From assembly GCF_035084215.1 (NCBI RefSeq), contig NC_090360.1:14880001-14944000 (forward strand): DNA of 64,000 nucleotides. The letters are read 5' to 3'. The DNA is from Heptranchias perlo (lineage: Eukaryota). The notes under the pieces were generated by a model. It saw nothing but the letters and a program-made list of their open reading frames with translations. It was not told the DNA's origin and did not search any database. The translations under genes were made by a program, and so were the position numbers. Below, piece after piece: positions 1 to 13,568 of the stretch (the stretch's first letter is position 1; each line of letters opens with the position of its first letter).

Positions 1-419
1 AAAAAGGATGGAGAGCAAAGTGATCCAAATTATTTTAACCAAGGGAGTGGAGGAGGGGGAAAACTTATGAACAAAAGGCATAAAGACTAAACTTATTTTC
101 GGTAGCAAAAAGAAGACCAAGGATGGACATTATGCACATCTTTAATATAATGAAAGGTATGGATAAGATTGAAGTTAGCAAGTTATTTAAATTGTGCATG
201 GGACTGGAAGACACAAGTACACATTTCACAAGCCTCGAAACGAGAAAAAACTTCTTTTTCCCCCCCACAGGATTGTGGACACATGGGCCAGGCTCCCAGA
301 GAAGGTAGTTGATTCAGGGTCAATCGACATCTTCAAATAGGACCTGGATTGATATCTGTCGAGATGGAGGGTTTAGGGTTATATAGATGTAGACACCAGT
401 TTGATTTTTTTTTCAGAGA

Positions 420-2039
420 TAGTGGGCACCCATTGTTTCGGCACTACACGGTCTCTCTGACATCCAAGATGGCGTCTTGGATGCACATGCACGTTTCCAG
501 CGTAACGTGCGCCAGACGCCATCTTGGTATAGGAGTTAGCACAGGCGCAGATAATGAATGCTCAAAACATGTAAAGTAGGGAGAAAATCGCTTCAATCAG
601 TGTGCAACGGAGATTTAAAGTGATAGACACTATTTTGGGACTTAACGCTCAACTTAACGCACAGTCTTGACCCCGACTATCTGAACATGTCTCAGAGTGC
701 CTGGAGGACCAGCGCTATTTAAAGGGACCATGCAGGAATTACAGGTTAGTGGCTGGATTATTGCTTCTGGCTGCCAAGACATTTGTAACTGTTTTTGGAG
801 GTCTCCTATATTTGAATACTAGTACGTGGGGACATAGCCTAACATTTAAAGCCAGGACGTGCAGGAGTGAAGTTAGAAAATGCTTCTACACACAGAGGGT
901 GGGAGACGTTTGGAATGCTCTTCTGCAGATGGCAGTTGATGCTAGCTCACTTGTGAATGTTAAATCTGAGACTGATAGATTTCTGTGAACCAAGGGTATT
1001 AAGGGATATGGGGCTAAGGGATATGCAGTTAGGTCACAGGTCCACCATGATCTCATTGAATGGTGGAACAGGCTCGAGGGGCTAAATGCCACTGCCACTT
1101 GCTGCCTCCTGACCTTCTCCTGCAAGAAAGTGGGACGTGTGTCTGGGTGATGTGCCTGTCATGTTTGAATAGCTGCCAGTGTGTGTGGCCTGTGAGTTGT
1201 GGGTGGGCGGCTTGAAACAGTGGTAATGTGTGAGGGTGAGAGGAAGCATCTGGTTCGAAGAGTTGAGTACTGATGGAAAGAGTGAGTTTGTTGGTATGTG
1301 GGTGATGGGGGTGTAGTGCATGGTGCAGTTGGTAGAAGATGCCACTTGACAGTTGACCTCACTCACCTTGACCACTCATGTCAAAGCATTGAACTTCTTC
1401 CTGCACTGCATCCATATTCTTGATGCTGTGTGCCTTGCATTGACTTCAACCCCTGCTGCCTCCCAATACCTTTTGGATATATGTTTGGAGGGCCTCTTGC
1501 ACCCCCCCCCCCAACACTGTAGATATAGGATGTCCCTCCTTCTGTCCACCTCTCGCACCAAGGTCTCCAGTGCATCAGCAGAGAACCTTGGTGCACGCAC
1601 TCTCACAGGCCTGGTACCAACTCAGATCGGCAGATTGGTGAGGTCTGGCATGCAGATTGGAGGATGTGGGATTTAGTAATGTGCAACCTTTATTCAATGT
1701 TTTAACATAACTCATCAGTGTGTAAACATAGGGATGCATCTGTGTTTTACGTGTGCGATGTCTGATCTCCGTTCAGACTCCGTACAGACAGTTGACCGTT
1801 ATTTTCAGCAAATAACAGGTACCAGCTACCTTTAAGAGATTTCTAAGAAACATTCTCCCTTTAAGAGATCGGATACCCCCTGGTGATGGAAAGTGCGAAT
1901 TGCATTGATTCCAAGTGCAAGGACCGGAATGGAACGCTGATTGCAGGTGAGTCCTCTGGCTGGCTGAAACTTGCGTCCTGCCTGCGCATCACGCTACCCG
2001 CGCCCAAAAATGGCCCTTATCCAAAAAAAATTTCCCCCA
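420..2039 (-). mobile_element. Decayed PIF/Harbinger element with Myb/SANT-like exon (1376-1606)
   Basis: RAPRFSADALETLVREVDRRRDILY...WMQCRKKFNALT followed by donor AAG|GTGAGT. End motif AATTTCCCCC near 2030-39. Left boundary uncertain. Confidence 0.7.
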
Positions 2040-4699
2040 GTGAAAGAAGCATTGTGTTGCTTAAAGGAGGGAATGAACAGATGGTGTGTGGGGAAGTCAA
2101 TCATAGAATAATCATACATGGTCTCTGGATGGAGCAGGATTGGAGGGCTGAATGGCCTTTTCTTGTCCGAACTTTATATTCCTATGTAATAATAAGAGTC
2201 CCTCTATAGGATGATTGCATTCCAGGATACTAAAATACTTATGTGCCCCAAAGGAACCATACTGTAACATTAGCATAAACTTGCATCAATATTAGGAGCA
2301 AAAGCTCCCTTCTTCCCCTATATGATCCCTTATTTTAAGCAATGTTGACAATATGCAGCAAAATCTCTCCAATTCAAAGAGCTCTTGATCAATTGCTTGG
2401 ATCCATTAATTGTTGTAAATTCCATGAGAAAGGAACAAACCAAAAACACAATCACTGATATTTAAACATTACTATACATTGGATATAATGATGTACAAAT
2501 CTGTCTTCTGTTGAATGGAAATTTGATCTAAAAGGTGGGGGAATGGTAAAAACAAGAAAACTGGGACAAGAAGGATTGTCGATACAACAGGAAATACATT
2601 GAATTTTTTGTCTAAGGTTTCTAAGTGGGGAACAATTTCTCCTTCTGTCACAGGTTTGGCTATACTACCACGGTTCCTGTGCTGCAGAACCTGTATCTAA
2701 TAACCACAACTTTGACTTCATGCTCACTAGAGAAAGCCAAGTACTTTCTCGAAAATTAGTTAATGGTAGCAAGTCATTGAGTTATTTATGATTCAGCTTA
2801 AAAATGCTTTCTTGGCTAATACTTCACTTCTTAAACTTTGTTGTGATTTACGAGTTGTGTTTATCATCCATTATAAATTTACACTGACGGATTAGATAAA
2901 TAAGACCCCCAAACGTCTCCTGCAGTCCCTGATTGGGGGCAAGAGCTGAAATGTGCATAGGGTTTGCCAAAGATTTCTTCAGAAGTTCATATAATATTTA
3001 ATGTATCGGAACTCTTACCTTGTGGAGCCTTTAAGGAGGTTAAGGAAACTGTGCTGTTATGCCTGTTCCCTCTTTGAGAGTTAAAAGTGAATGTTCCAGT
3101 CATCCTATAAATAAGACATTGGGAACAGGAAGGAGAGTTAGGCTCCAAAATCTCCTGTTTAATTCCCATCTTACCTTTCTCGTCGTCATAGAAATATCTG
3201 GGTTGTAAAAATTCCTTCCTACTTTTGACAACAATCTATATTTTTGAGGTTCTGGAAGTTTTTGGAAACACTGGGGTCCTCACCTGTGTTTGTACTGATT
3301 TGTTCATCCATGTTTGCGGTATTACACGTGTCCCTCAAACACAAGTAAGGAAGTTGAGAAACTTTTCCAACTGATGCTGCCAAGTCAGATTCATGATTTG
3401 AGGCATATCTAGAGGAATGAGGAAATCTTGGCCCAAATCCTTCCATCATTGTTGCTTTTGTAAAAGACTTGATTCTGGAATTGGTGGAGCATTCTGTAAC
3501 TTCAAGGAGACTCTCAAGTCTCCTCCTTGTTTTTTTCAATTGAAATTGAAGCAATGTTCTCTGTGACCAAAGGTACATAACCAGAAGAGAAATGAAAGAT
3601 ATGAGCTCTAGGTATCTGATTATGGAAAGATGCTGTTGCAGTCCACACAGAATTTGAAACTATCATTTAAGGTGAACTGATTTCAAACATTGCTTTTGCT
3701 CATTCCCTGCAGTTATGCTGTACCAAACATGTTGCTAAATTAATCGTCAGGGAAGTGGACGACATTATGGGCTAGCATACTGTCCTTTCATCTCTGCAAC
3801 TCGGGTACAAATTCTCAGATTGATGAGATAAATATCTCGCATGGTTGTAAGGATTGTACATGAATTGTGTTTGGGCAGTTGGAACCCAGTTCCTAGTTGG
3901 CTTGGATCCAAAGCACAAAGCAGCCCATAATTCAGCACAAAGAGCCACTAAATCGTCTCTGTCCCAGAGAGAAAGTGGCTGTTTTGTGAAGTGAAAAATT
4001 CAGACTGGTGGGACATTGGTTGTCCTTCCTAGGTTGAGGACAGACTAGAAGAAGCTTTACGCTCTATTAGGCCTATGTTAAAATTGAGTTGGAAATAGTC
4101 ACTAACACTGGGTGTCATCCCTTACCTGGATGTACATAAGCAAAAAAAAATCACCTAAAATAGAGTCCAAGGGGGTGAATTTCCTTGATGTTTTCGGTGC
4201 ATTCATGGTGTATAAAAAGCACAGGAAACTTTTCAGGTACAAAAATCAGATGGAACCTGTTTCTGCCCGATTTCCATCATTCGCTCGCCAACCCTGACCA
4301 TTTCTCAGCCATCCACTGGCTGAGTCCCGACTGATCTCGTTTGCATATGTCAAGACAAGGCCTAGTGGTGCGGCAGCTCCGAGTTTCCTGGTTTTACACT
4401 CCTACTGCACTCGGGGTAACTTTGACTGAGATTTAGGAGGTGCAGCAGCTGCCAGGATCAGCTGATACAGGCGGAAGTAAGGAGTTTGTAAGTCCGAAGA
4501 GTCTGGAGAGTTTATATAGGCATTTCTGCTGCTGGAAAATATATTTTTTTTGTTGCCATTCTGCCGACAGGCACCTACACTTGCTTCAGGCAGAGTCAGG
4601 CCATAGAGAGATTTTTGCAACCCCACCCCCTACCCGCATTGAAGATGTCTCAGGAGCAGGTATGACATTCCCTATAGATGCCAGGAGGAGCAGCACAGG

Positions 4700-5630
4700 G
4701 TGGAGCAAAGGAGACTCGGGCAGCATTTAAGGAGGACGCAGGCTACCAGATATTGCCCCCCATAGAATATGCAGACTGCAAAGGCCATATGAGGACCTTT
4801 CTGAGGAGTTGTGCATGAGAAGACTGCTTTACCAACGAGGCAATAGGGAAGCTCTGTCATCTACTGCAGGAGGACCTGTGGCCACACTCATCTGCCCACA
4901 CATTGATCCCTCTGTGGCTATGGAGGTAACAGCTATGCTCAACCTTTATGGCACAGTGTCATTTCAGGCAGGTCACGATTGATCTGTGGAATATCAGCCA
5001 GGCAGCAGGACGGGCATGCATTGATCAGGTCAATGACGCCCTTTACATGAGACCTGGGGAATTTATCATTGTTGGCATTATAGCAAGGTAGCAGTGAGAT
5101 AGGGACATCCATTTTGCAGTGTTGCTGGCTTCCCCCAGGTCCAGGCTACAATTAATAACATACACAACGTTTTATATGTTCCCCTAAAACAACCCTCAAC
5201 TACATCAACATGGGAGGGGTGGGGGAGGGGGGGGAGGCTTCCATTCCCTGTGATGTGTAGATTGTGTATGACAACATGCGGAGGATCCCCCCCCCCCGCC
5301 CCATGTCAATGACCGTGTATGGAAGTTGTCATGATGCTTTGACATTGCGAAACTCATTCCTCCTTGACCTTTTCTGGGTGACAAAGCCTACCCTCTGCTC
5401 CCAATGGATAATGGTCCCAATAAGATCTGAACAGCAGCAGAGGAACACTACAATGAGGCGCATGTCTCTACATGATGATCATCAGGTCTTAAAGGCACAT
5501 CTTCACTGCCTGGGACAGTCAGGAGGGGCCCTGTAGTATGCTGCAGATTGTGTGTCATGAGTAGTTATAGCCTGCTGTCTCCTTCACAACTTTGCCATTC
5601 AAGAAGGGCTAGACTTTGCATTGCTGGAGA
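4700..5630 (+). pseudogene. HARBI1-like Harbinger DDE nuclease remnant
   Basis: Frameshifted motifs in the expected order: VAMEVTAMLNLYGTVSFQ, CGISQAA, VAGFPQVQATIN, GFHSL, GSCHDALTLRNS, GDKAYPL, LKAHLHCLGQSGGAL*Y, LHNFAI. Confidence 0.88.
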
Positions 5631-5892
5631 GGAGGCCCTATCTCCATTGGATCCAGAAGTGTGTCGGCTACAAGGGGCATTCGAGGACATCTCATCAGTC
5701 AAGCCTTCTCTGCATCTGACACCACCGCCTTACCTCATTTTTCTCCACTTTCCAATCAAGGGGCATTCTCTTAATCCACCGACAATCCTGCAACATGACA
5801 ACACAGCAGCCCTCTTTGCCCACATCAGTGTGCCAATAATCATTACCTGAGTAATAAATTAGCACCAAATAAATGCACCCTTTCCTGTGAGA

Positions 5893-6340
5893 CTTTTTAA
5901 AAATTTGTTCATGGGATGTGGGCGTTGCTGGCGAGGCCGGCATTTATTGCCCATCCCTAATTGCCCTTGAGAAGGTGGTGGTGAGCCGCCTTCTTGAACT
6001 GCTGCAGTCCATATGGTGAAGGTTCTCCCACAATGCTGCTAGGAAGGGAGTTCCAGGATTTTGACCCAGCGACGATGAAGGAACGACGATATATTTCCAA
6101 GTTTGGATGGTGTGTGACTTGGAGGGGAATGTGCAGGTGGTGGTGTCCCCATGTGCCTGCTGCTCTTATCCTTATAGGTGGTAGAGGTCGCGGGATTGGG
6201 AGGTGCTGTCGAAGAAGCCTTGGTGAGTTGCTGCAGTGCATCCTGTGGATGGTACACACTGCAGCCACTGTGCGCCGGTGGTGGAGGGAGTGAATGTTTA
6301 GGGTGGTGGATGGGGTGCCAATCAAGCGGGCTGCTTTGCC
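5893..6340 (-). mobile_element. HER1 LINE / HE1 SINE-type 3' fragment (shark and ray family)
   Basis: RT C-terminal KAARLIGTPSTTLNIHSLHHRRTVAAVC...GSKSWNSLP plus the tail AAGGGCAATTAGGGATGGGCAATAAATGCCGGCC. Confidence 0.85.
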
Positions 6341-7704
6341 TGTAACATGAGACTGTAACATGAATAGCAAAGTGCCATGTCAGTGCACATTTGCTTTCAA
6401 TACAATGAAGTCCAAAGCAAACACAAGCCAACCTAGTCTTTCCTAACACTGTGCTACCATGGATGCCTACACCTATTTTAGTGCTTTTCCTAGGTGCAAC
6501 CTGAGGCTCAGGATCATGGGAGGTGGTTGGCTGCTGATGCTGTACAAAAGGGTCATGCCACTGAGATGACCCTTGTCTCATGGCAGCTTGCTCCTGGGCA
6601 GCCTGTTAGCACCTGAAGAGGAAGGTATATGTTGCTGAACTGAGGATTAGTTGTACATGTGTTCCTTTTAGAGGTTAAAGAGTGTACTGGTGTCCAGGGT
6701 GGCCAAAGAAGAAAAGGGAACATGTCCTTTCCTGTCCTAGTAAGGCCACTGAAATTCTTGCATCACTGGTTGACAGTCCTGAGGGGAGAAAGTTGGCACT
6801 CGGTGCCAGTGCCACTTCCCTTCAGGTGGCATGAGTGACATTGCCTAGCAGGTTTGCTGGCATGGATACCCAGATGTGTGTGCCTCTTTAATTCAATTTC
6901 CTCAAGGAGGACTTGAAGGTCTGAGTCAGAAAAACTGCACAATCTTCTTCTGTGCCTGGGTACCACGCCCCGCTGCTTTGCTTGGCCGCTCACTTCTGCT
7001 GTAGACATTCTTGAAAAGTGTGATAAAAGGATCGCTAAGACAAGCAGTGAAGTTATCTGAGAGTCAAGTGAGAGAGATGAGCATTGCTCCTTCCTTACCT
7101 GGTTGTCCCCAGTCTGCTGCTGTAATCTGGGGCTGAACTGTCTTTTTAAAGACTGCACCCCAGTTTCCATGCACTTAAGCTTGTTTTACATGGGATTGAC
7201 GCCAATCACTACTCCAATGAGTAAGCAAGTGAGCTGACCCAGGAAACTCTTGTGTAAATACCTCTCCTGACCACTGGCGGGCTCAAATCCTTTTTTACAT
7301 AACAGTGGAATAACTCACCACATGGGAATTTCCCCCCAAAAAACTTTGACCTCATCCTTGCTGCAAATTAGAAATTACATCATCAAAAGGGTAGTCTGTG
7401 TACATGGGTATGAGTTACCATGGAAGTACTCAAGACCACTAAAGTTCTTAAAGGGACTGGAATTAGCCTGCTAATTCTTCTGATTGAAACATTACTGAAG
7501 GAAATTATCTATTGTTAGTATTTGTGACGCTCTTTATTTGTTTGTGTGAAGTATCCTTTGCTTTTTAGGAATTACTACAATGAATCATCCTTCAAAATTA
7601 GGAACTCCCTATTAGTGTCCTGTTCTTATTTACTTAAACTGATAAGGATTCTAGAATGTGCACTATAGTGGCAAAAGCTGAAATAGCATTACTGCTGTGT
7701 TAAA

Positions 7705-8050
7705 ACATAGAAACATAGAAAATAGGAGCAAGAGTAGGCCATTCTGCCCCTCGGGCCTGCTCCGCCATTCAAAATGATCACGGCTGATCGTCTAACTCAG
7801 TACCCTGTTCCCGCTTTTTCCCCATATCCCTTGATCTCTTTAGCATTAAGAAACATATCTATCTCCTTCTTGAATACATCCAATGACTTAGCCTCCACTG
7901 CCTTCAGTGGTAGAGAATTCCACAGGTTCCCACCCTCTGAGTGAAGAAATTTCTCCTCATCTCGGTTCTAAATGGCATACCCCGTATCCTGAGACTGTGA
8001 CCCCTGGTTCTGGACTCCCAAGCCATCGGGAACATCCTCCCTGCATCTAA
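7705..8050 (-). mobile_element. CR1 3' end
   Basis: (ACATAGAA)n tail followed by the reverse complement of a CR1 3'UTR and ORF2 end. Similar fragments at 60-400, 825-1100, 14600-14750, 26650-26780, 27700-27780, 48575-48685, 49135-49285 and 49868-50005. Confidence 0.8.
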
Positions 8051-8893
8051 TGTTGTTACAATAGTGGTGATAATGTGGATGTGCCTGTGTCAATGAGCTG
8101 ACCCAATATAAAATGGAAAAGTACATAGCCAGAGAAATAAGGAGAAAATAAAAGAGGAAATATTAGGTCAGTTTTATCTTTTAAAAAGTTACTTTCATTT
8201 CAGAGAGAGTAAATGGGAGACACAGAGTGAGATCTCACTATAGATGTGCACTAGTCCAGCCTTGTCATTAAATTCTTATGATGAAAGTAAGCTGAAAAAA
8301 GCCTCAACAGAAAAATCTGTGCAGTACAGACTATGTCCATACTACTGACTAATACATTAGTTAAGAGAAATTCCTTCCACAGTTTCAGTGAAGAACAATG
8401 TACAGTCATTATACAGTTATTATCCAGTATCAATTTAGTTGAAAATGAGATGAATATATCTTACTGTTAATTAAATTAATAAATTACCTTTTGAAGTATT
8501 TTCTACCTAACACATTCCGTATAAAGATCGCATGCAAATTTATTATTGAGCAATAATATTCTTTTGATGAAATCCTGAATATCTTTACCGTTTCTTGATC
8601 TGTCATTTCCAATTGTAATTTTGTCCATGTCTGTCTGCTCTTCTAGGGTTTAGCTTTTTGTGATGAATTGGAATCTGGGAAATTAAGCCAAGAAAGCCAG
8701 ATTTCAGTCAGTTCTGCACACAAATACATTTCCCCCCTCCCTCTTCTTTGACCTCAGTTCTCCAATCTATGTTTGTGATTTGAATCAACTTTTCACTAAC
8801 TAGCAACACAGACTCATTTGTTGAATCAAATGGTTTAAAACAGCATTTCACTCTTTATGGATAAAGCCCATACTTCTGATATGCTCTTTTGAC

Positions 8894-9685
8894 ATTGGGC
8901 CATAATTTGCTGCAGCAGGGCATCTAACTGTGTCCGCTGTTAATTAGATTTGCCCTTGCATGTTTAGGTTTTTAAATTTTTGTGTGGCAAGTTGCTGAAA
9001 GTGCGAGCTGATAACATCGCAATGAGGGAAACAGGGTATCTGGGACCCGAGTGAACGGGGCAAGCAACTGTGTATCTCCTTAATCAATCAGATCGATCGA
9101 TTGTGAAATAAATTGTGCAAGGACTGAGAAGGAAGTGTAAATTAGAGTGGGTGAATTCAATGTCAAATCAGGTACAGAAAGAAAAATAAAGAGAGGGAAA
9201 GAAAGATTGGATTAAGAGAGAGAGAAAAAAGAGACAGAAAGGAAAAGTAAAATAAAAATTTTAAATTTTACATTTTAAAATCTACAACAACAATTACTAC
9301 CTGAAGGAATGAGACTCCACACTTGTAATAATTAATTTTCAGTGCCAGAGAGGTTGACTGGCAGTAATTAACTATTATCATATTGTTAAAATGGTACTTA
9401 GACTTGAAATGACAAGAGTTAACTTTCTCTGGCGAGTTTAGTTCGTATCTACCGCGCAAATACAACAACTTCACGCCATTCGATGCATTTCAATGGTGAG
9501 GCAGACAGGGCGGTGTCGTTTTCGTGAAGCTAACGGTGGAGTGGCGCATCTCGGACAGCAACTCTTGGATATTCGTGTTTAACCGCGCATCTTCCCCTCG
9601 CCTGAAGTTGCGGTGCGATTTGTGCATAAATAACGGCGAGCGTCATTAACCTCACCGTCATCTTGACAGCAAATTCTGGCCCAAT
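8894..9685. mobile_element. Non-autonomous TIR element (Harbinger-like MITE, about 790 bp)
   Basis: ATTGGGCCATAATTTGCTG and CAGCAAATTCTGGCCCAAT inverted ends (1 mismatch). A second partial copy lies at 41222-41550. Confidence 0.75.
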
Positions 9686-11179
9686 AAGTTCTTTATTCCC
9701 ATAGTCACCAAGCAGTGCAACAAAGCTTTAATTTATGAAAAATAAGATAGACATGAATAAATTATCCTTTCAAAGAGAATGATTTGATTAGTCATGTCCA
9801 TAATTAATTAAGCACAAATAGATGTGTAATTATATTATCTTACCAAACTGAGGGTAGCTTGGGTAGTTCAAGAATGAGGCCAAAGGACTTTTCTGTCCAT
9901 TTGTACCTTCTGTTTGACAATGTTGATTCTAATATTATTTTCTGTATGTAAAGACTTCTGTCCATGTCATGACATGTTAGTAATTCCAATACAACAACTT
10001 AAGTGTATCACCATCGAAGATACCCTCAACTCAGATCACCTGTTTTCAATCCACTTTCAGTCAACCTGCTTTAAGATGGACATGGCAACAAATCCCTTTG
10101 ACCACCAGTATCAGTGTTCCATGGCTAGCTGACAGGGACCACCTTGATTCAAGGGAAAACAAATTACATAATGTATTTGCTTTGCTCAAATAACATACAC
10201 TCCTTCTATGTGAACTTGACTTAGTAGCTTTCTGAAGACCTAGCAAGAACGTATGTAGTTTGATGCACTGCAATGGCAAGCAGCACTGAGATCTGGACCT
10301 GTGAAAGCAAACATTTTCAGCAATTAGCTGCTACTTATCTGGTGCACATTTTTTCATTTTTAGTCACTTCCCTTTAGCTCCATACTGCCCTACACTTGCT
10401 GCAGAAACATAAACATGTATAAGTAAGGCACTTCTCTCGACAGTTCCCAACATAAATGAGTTGGTTAGTTGGAGGAATTCTTCCATTACTTGAAACGGAT
10501 GAATTATCATTTCATCCCCTCCTGGAAACCACCATTTAAATGTTCAAGATGTTATTAACATTCTAAACTGGATTCCAGTAGCATGATTTATATCTTAAAT
10601 TCAGATTACATCTGGTCATATCCCTACATCTAGACATTTGGGTGGCAGTCCATGAAGCCACAATGGCCGTGAATGGCCTTGCAGTCCTTATGGATGTAGG
10701 TTAAAGTAACTCTCACAACTAAATGCAATATGAGGCATCTGTGCAGAACTTTCCCGCATGTGGGGTTGCTGGAGATATGAACTCCGTGGTGGGGGGGGAG
10801 GGGGTTGTTGGGACTGGAAGTTTCTGTCACCAATGTATAACATCACATGGCGAAGGTCTACCAACGATTGTCTCATCCAAACATCCTGTCACTTACCAGC
10901 AAGTATATACAAAACTTCTAAAAAGGGTATTTAAAGCCCCCGTTGACTGATGCTACGTTTATTGTTTTCTCTATGTTTTGCTGTATGTTAGCGTTCCTGT
11001 GTTTTACTCTATCTGTAAATAAATCTACTAGTTTCAGCCTGTACACAGTGATCTGATAGTGTGGTATTTTACACCCTTTGGAGGAAAAAAGATCGTAGAG
11101 AAAGCATCCCACGTGATCTTCAGGGTTCAATACCATATGATAAGCTAATCGTTAATCCCATGGCATTCTATCCCACTCA

Positions 11180-11590
11180 CAACAACAACAACTTGCATTT
11201 ATATAGCACCTATAACTTAATAAAACGTCCCAAGACACTTCACAGGAACGTTATTAAACAAAATTTAACAATGAGCCATATAAGGAGGTATTAGGACAGA
11301 TGACCAAAAGCTTGGTCAAAGAGGTAGGTTTTAAGGAGCGTCTTAAAGGAGGAGAGAGAGGAAGAGAAGTGGAGAGGTTTAGGGAGAGAATTCCAGAGCT
11401 TAGGGCCTAGGCAGCTGAAGGCATGACCCCCAATGGTGGAGCAATGAAAATCGGGATGCGCAAGAGGCAAGAATTGGAGGAGCGCAGAGATCTCAGAGAG
11501 TTGTAGGGCTGGAGGAGATTACAGAGAGAGGGAGGAGCAAGGCCATGGAGGGATTTGAAAACAAGGATGAGAATTTTAAAATCCAATGGT
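11180..11590 (-). mobile_element. L2 LINE 3' end
   Basis: (CAA)n-CTTGCATTTATATAGC tail and FKILILVFKSLHGLAP. Other copies at 37775-37940 (-), 46065-46280 (-) and 52150-52597 (+). Confidence 0.85.
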
Positions 11591-12579
11591 GCAAATTTCA
11601 GCATATAGGAAACTGTCTGGTTTTGGAAACTTCTTTTTTCCCATGAACACAAAACAGAACAATTGGAAGAAATCCTGAACTGGAACTTATAATGCTCAAA
11701 ACCCCAATTAGGACTGTTCAAATCATTTGGTTTGAACTCACTTGAACTGTTAGGCTGCAGTTACAGTGCAGCCACTGGTCTTCCACCAGTATTGGTGGAA
11801 TGTAATATTTAATTATACTTCACATTAGGTGAGTTGCAAAGGCGCTTTGCACACATGTGATTGGATATTTGCTCAGAGCTCCACTCCCCACCATGTTAGG
11901 ACAACGCAGATAGGAGTGTTTGCTATCTACCAACACTAAAACCACCAAAAAGCACATTTATAATTTACAAAGTACCTAGGTGATCCAAAGGATTGCTTGG
12001 ACTAGAGTTATACCCTTCCTGGTGCAAATTGATGTGAGATGGCCTGATTGAGGGGATTTCAGATCTCCTGGTTTTAGAAATCAGGAATCAAATTCAAACC
12101 TGACTCCTGAGTTGTACAGCTATTTTGAATTGAATGGCATTGAAAACTGCAGTGCACGGACATAAAAGTGACAGTGTAACTGTACCCCATATTCCAGTAT
12201 GTATCAGCACTCTTACCTTCAAGTCCCACAGGAATAGTGCACATAATCTAAGGGATTGCTGCATTGTAGGAGATGTCGTCCTAAGGAGGAGATGCTGAAT
12301 CAAGACCCTGTTGGCCTGAAGTAAAAAACAACCCATGCATTATTTTGAAGAACAGTGGGGAAATCTTCCAGTGTTCTGATCACCATTGTTCTCTTCAAGC
12401 AACACCAGCAAGAAAAACAACGAAGCAGATTAACTGGTCATTCATCACATTGCTTTTTGTGCGATCTTGCTGTGCAACAAAATAACTGCTACGTTTACCA
12501 ACACATCAATCCTGACTGCATTCAAAATAATTAAATGTACGTGAAGAGCTTTGGGACATTTTTGAGAGATATGATCTCT

Positions 12580-12950
12580 CTTTAAGATAAAGGTAGGGTT
12601 TGGTAGGGTAGAACTAGAGAAAATGTTTCCACTTGTGGGAGAGTCCAAAACTAGAGGTCATAAATATAAAATAATCACTAATAAATCCAACAGGGAATTC
12701 AGCAGAAACTTCTTTACCCAAAGAGTGATAACAATGTCGAATACCCCAGCACAAGGAGTAGTTGAGGCAAATAGCATAGATGCATTTAAGGGGAAGCTTG
12801 ATAAGCACACGAGGGAGAAAGGAATAGAAGGGTATCCTGAAAGGGTTAAATGAAGTAGGGAGGGAGGAGGCTCATGTGGAGCATAAACGTCGGCATAGAC
12901 CAGTTGGGCCGAATGGCCTGTTTTTGTGCTGTAGTTTCGATGTAGCTCGA
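12580..12950 (+). mobile_element. CR1 3' end
   Basis: MFPLVGESKTRGHKYKI...RNFFTQRVI...FKGKLD. Confidence 0.85.
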
Positions 12951-13518
12951 TGTAACTCTGTGATCTGGCATTATACTAATACAAAGTCCTGTTTCCACTT
13001 TAGAGCAGAGAATCAACCAAGAACTCTACAATGTACTAAAAGGCATAAGAGAAATGTAAACTTTTGTGTGCATCATTCAGCCTTTATTCCATCGCTCAAA
13101 ACCTAAACATCAATGAAAATGGCTGACAGAGTGTTTGACATACTCTGTCAAGTGAAGTACTCTGTGCACAAAAGGTACAGAAACACACCTCCTAGAAAAC
13201 GTACATTTATGCATGAGAATATATCAGACACACTGGAAATAAAGCTTCTACTTAGCTCAAACTGCTACTAACAATCTGCAGGAGCAGTCGATGTGCTTTT
13301 GTTTGTGACGCCTACAAAACTAGTAATGATCTTCTCACACTAAACAAATAAAAATGGATAGTAATAATGGGGATATGCACTATACTGGGGAATTGATGAT
13401 AACAGATCCACTGAAAGGCTTGATGGCAGCATTGTCTTTCAATAAACTTGTCTATCTTCAATTGCCCAGAAGAGTCTCGTTTTAGCACTTGCCCATTATT
13501 ATTGAAATCCAACGCTGT

Positions 13519-13568
13519 ATTCTGTAATATTTTGATTTTATCATGATAAAATCAAAGTATTACAGAAT
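13519..13568. repeat. 50-bp near-perfect palindrome
   Basis: ATTCTGTAATATTTTGATTTTATCA|TGATAAAATCAAAGTATTACAGAAT, 24 of 25 pairs, no spacer. Confidence 0.9.

Larger units (their letters stand above)
4171..7336. mobile_element. Near full-length decayed Harbinger transposon (nuclease on +, Myb/SANT gene on -, convergent)
   Basis: Ends GGGGGTGAATTTCC and GGGAATTTCCCCC, possible CAA TSD. Myb/SANT remnant FSDSDLQVLLEEIE at about 6770-6960. Interrupted by a LINE fragment. Confidence 0.8.

Noticed and set aside
1376-1606. Domesticated MSANTD/NAIF1-like host gene
   Set aside because: There is a stop just before the donor, no downstream exons are found, and it sits within transposon-like ends, so a TE remnant is more likely.
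5957-6581. 137-aa and 180-aa ORFs as novel genes
   Set aside because: They are a LINE 3' fragment and its junction with Harbinger sequence.
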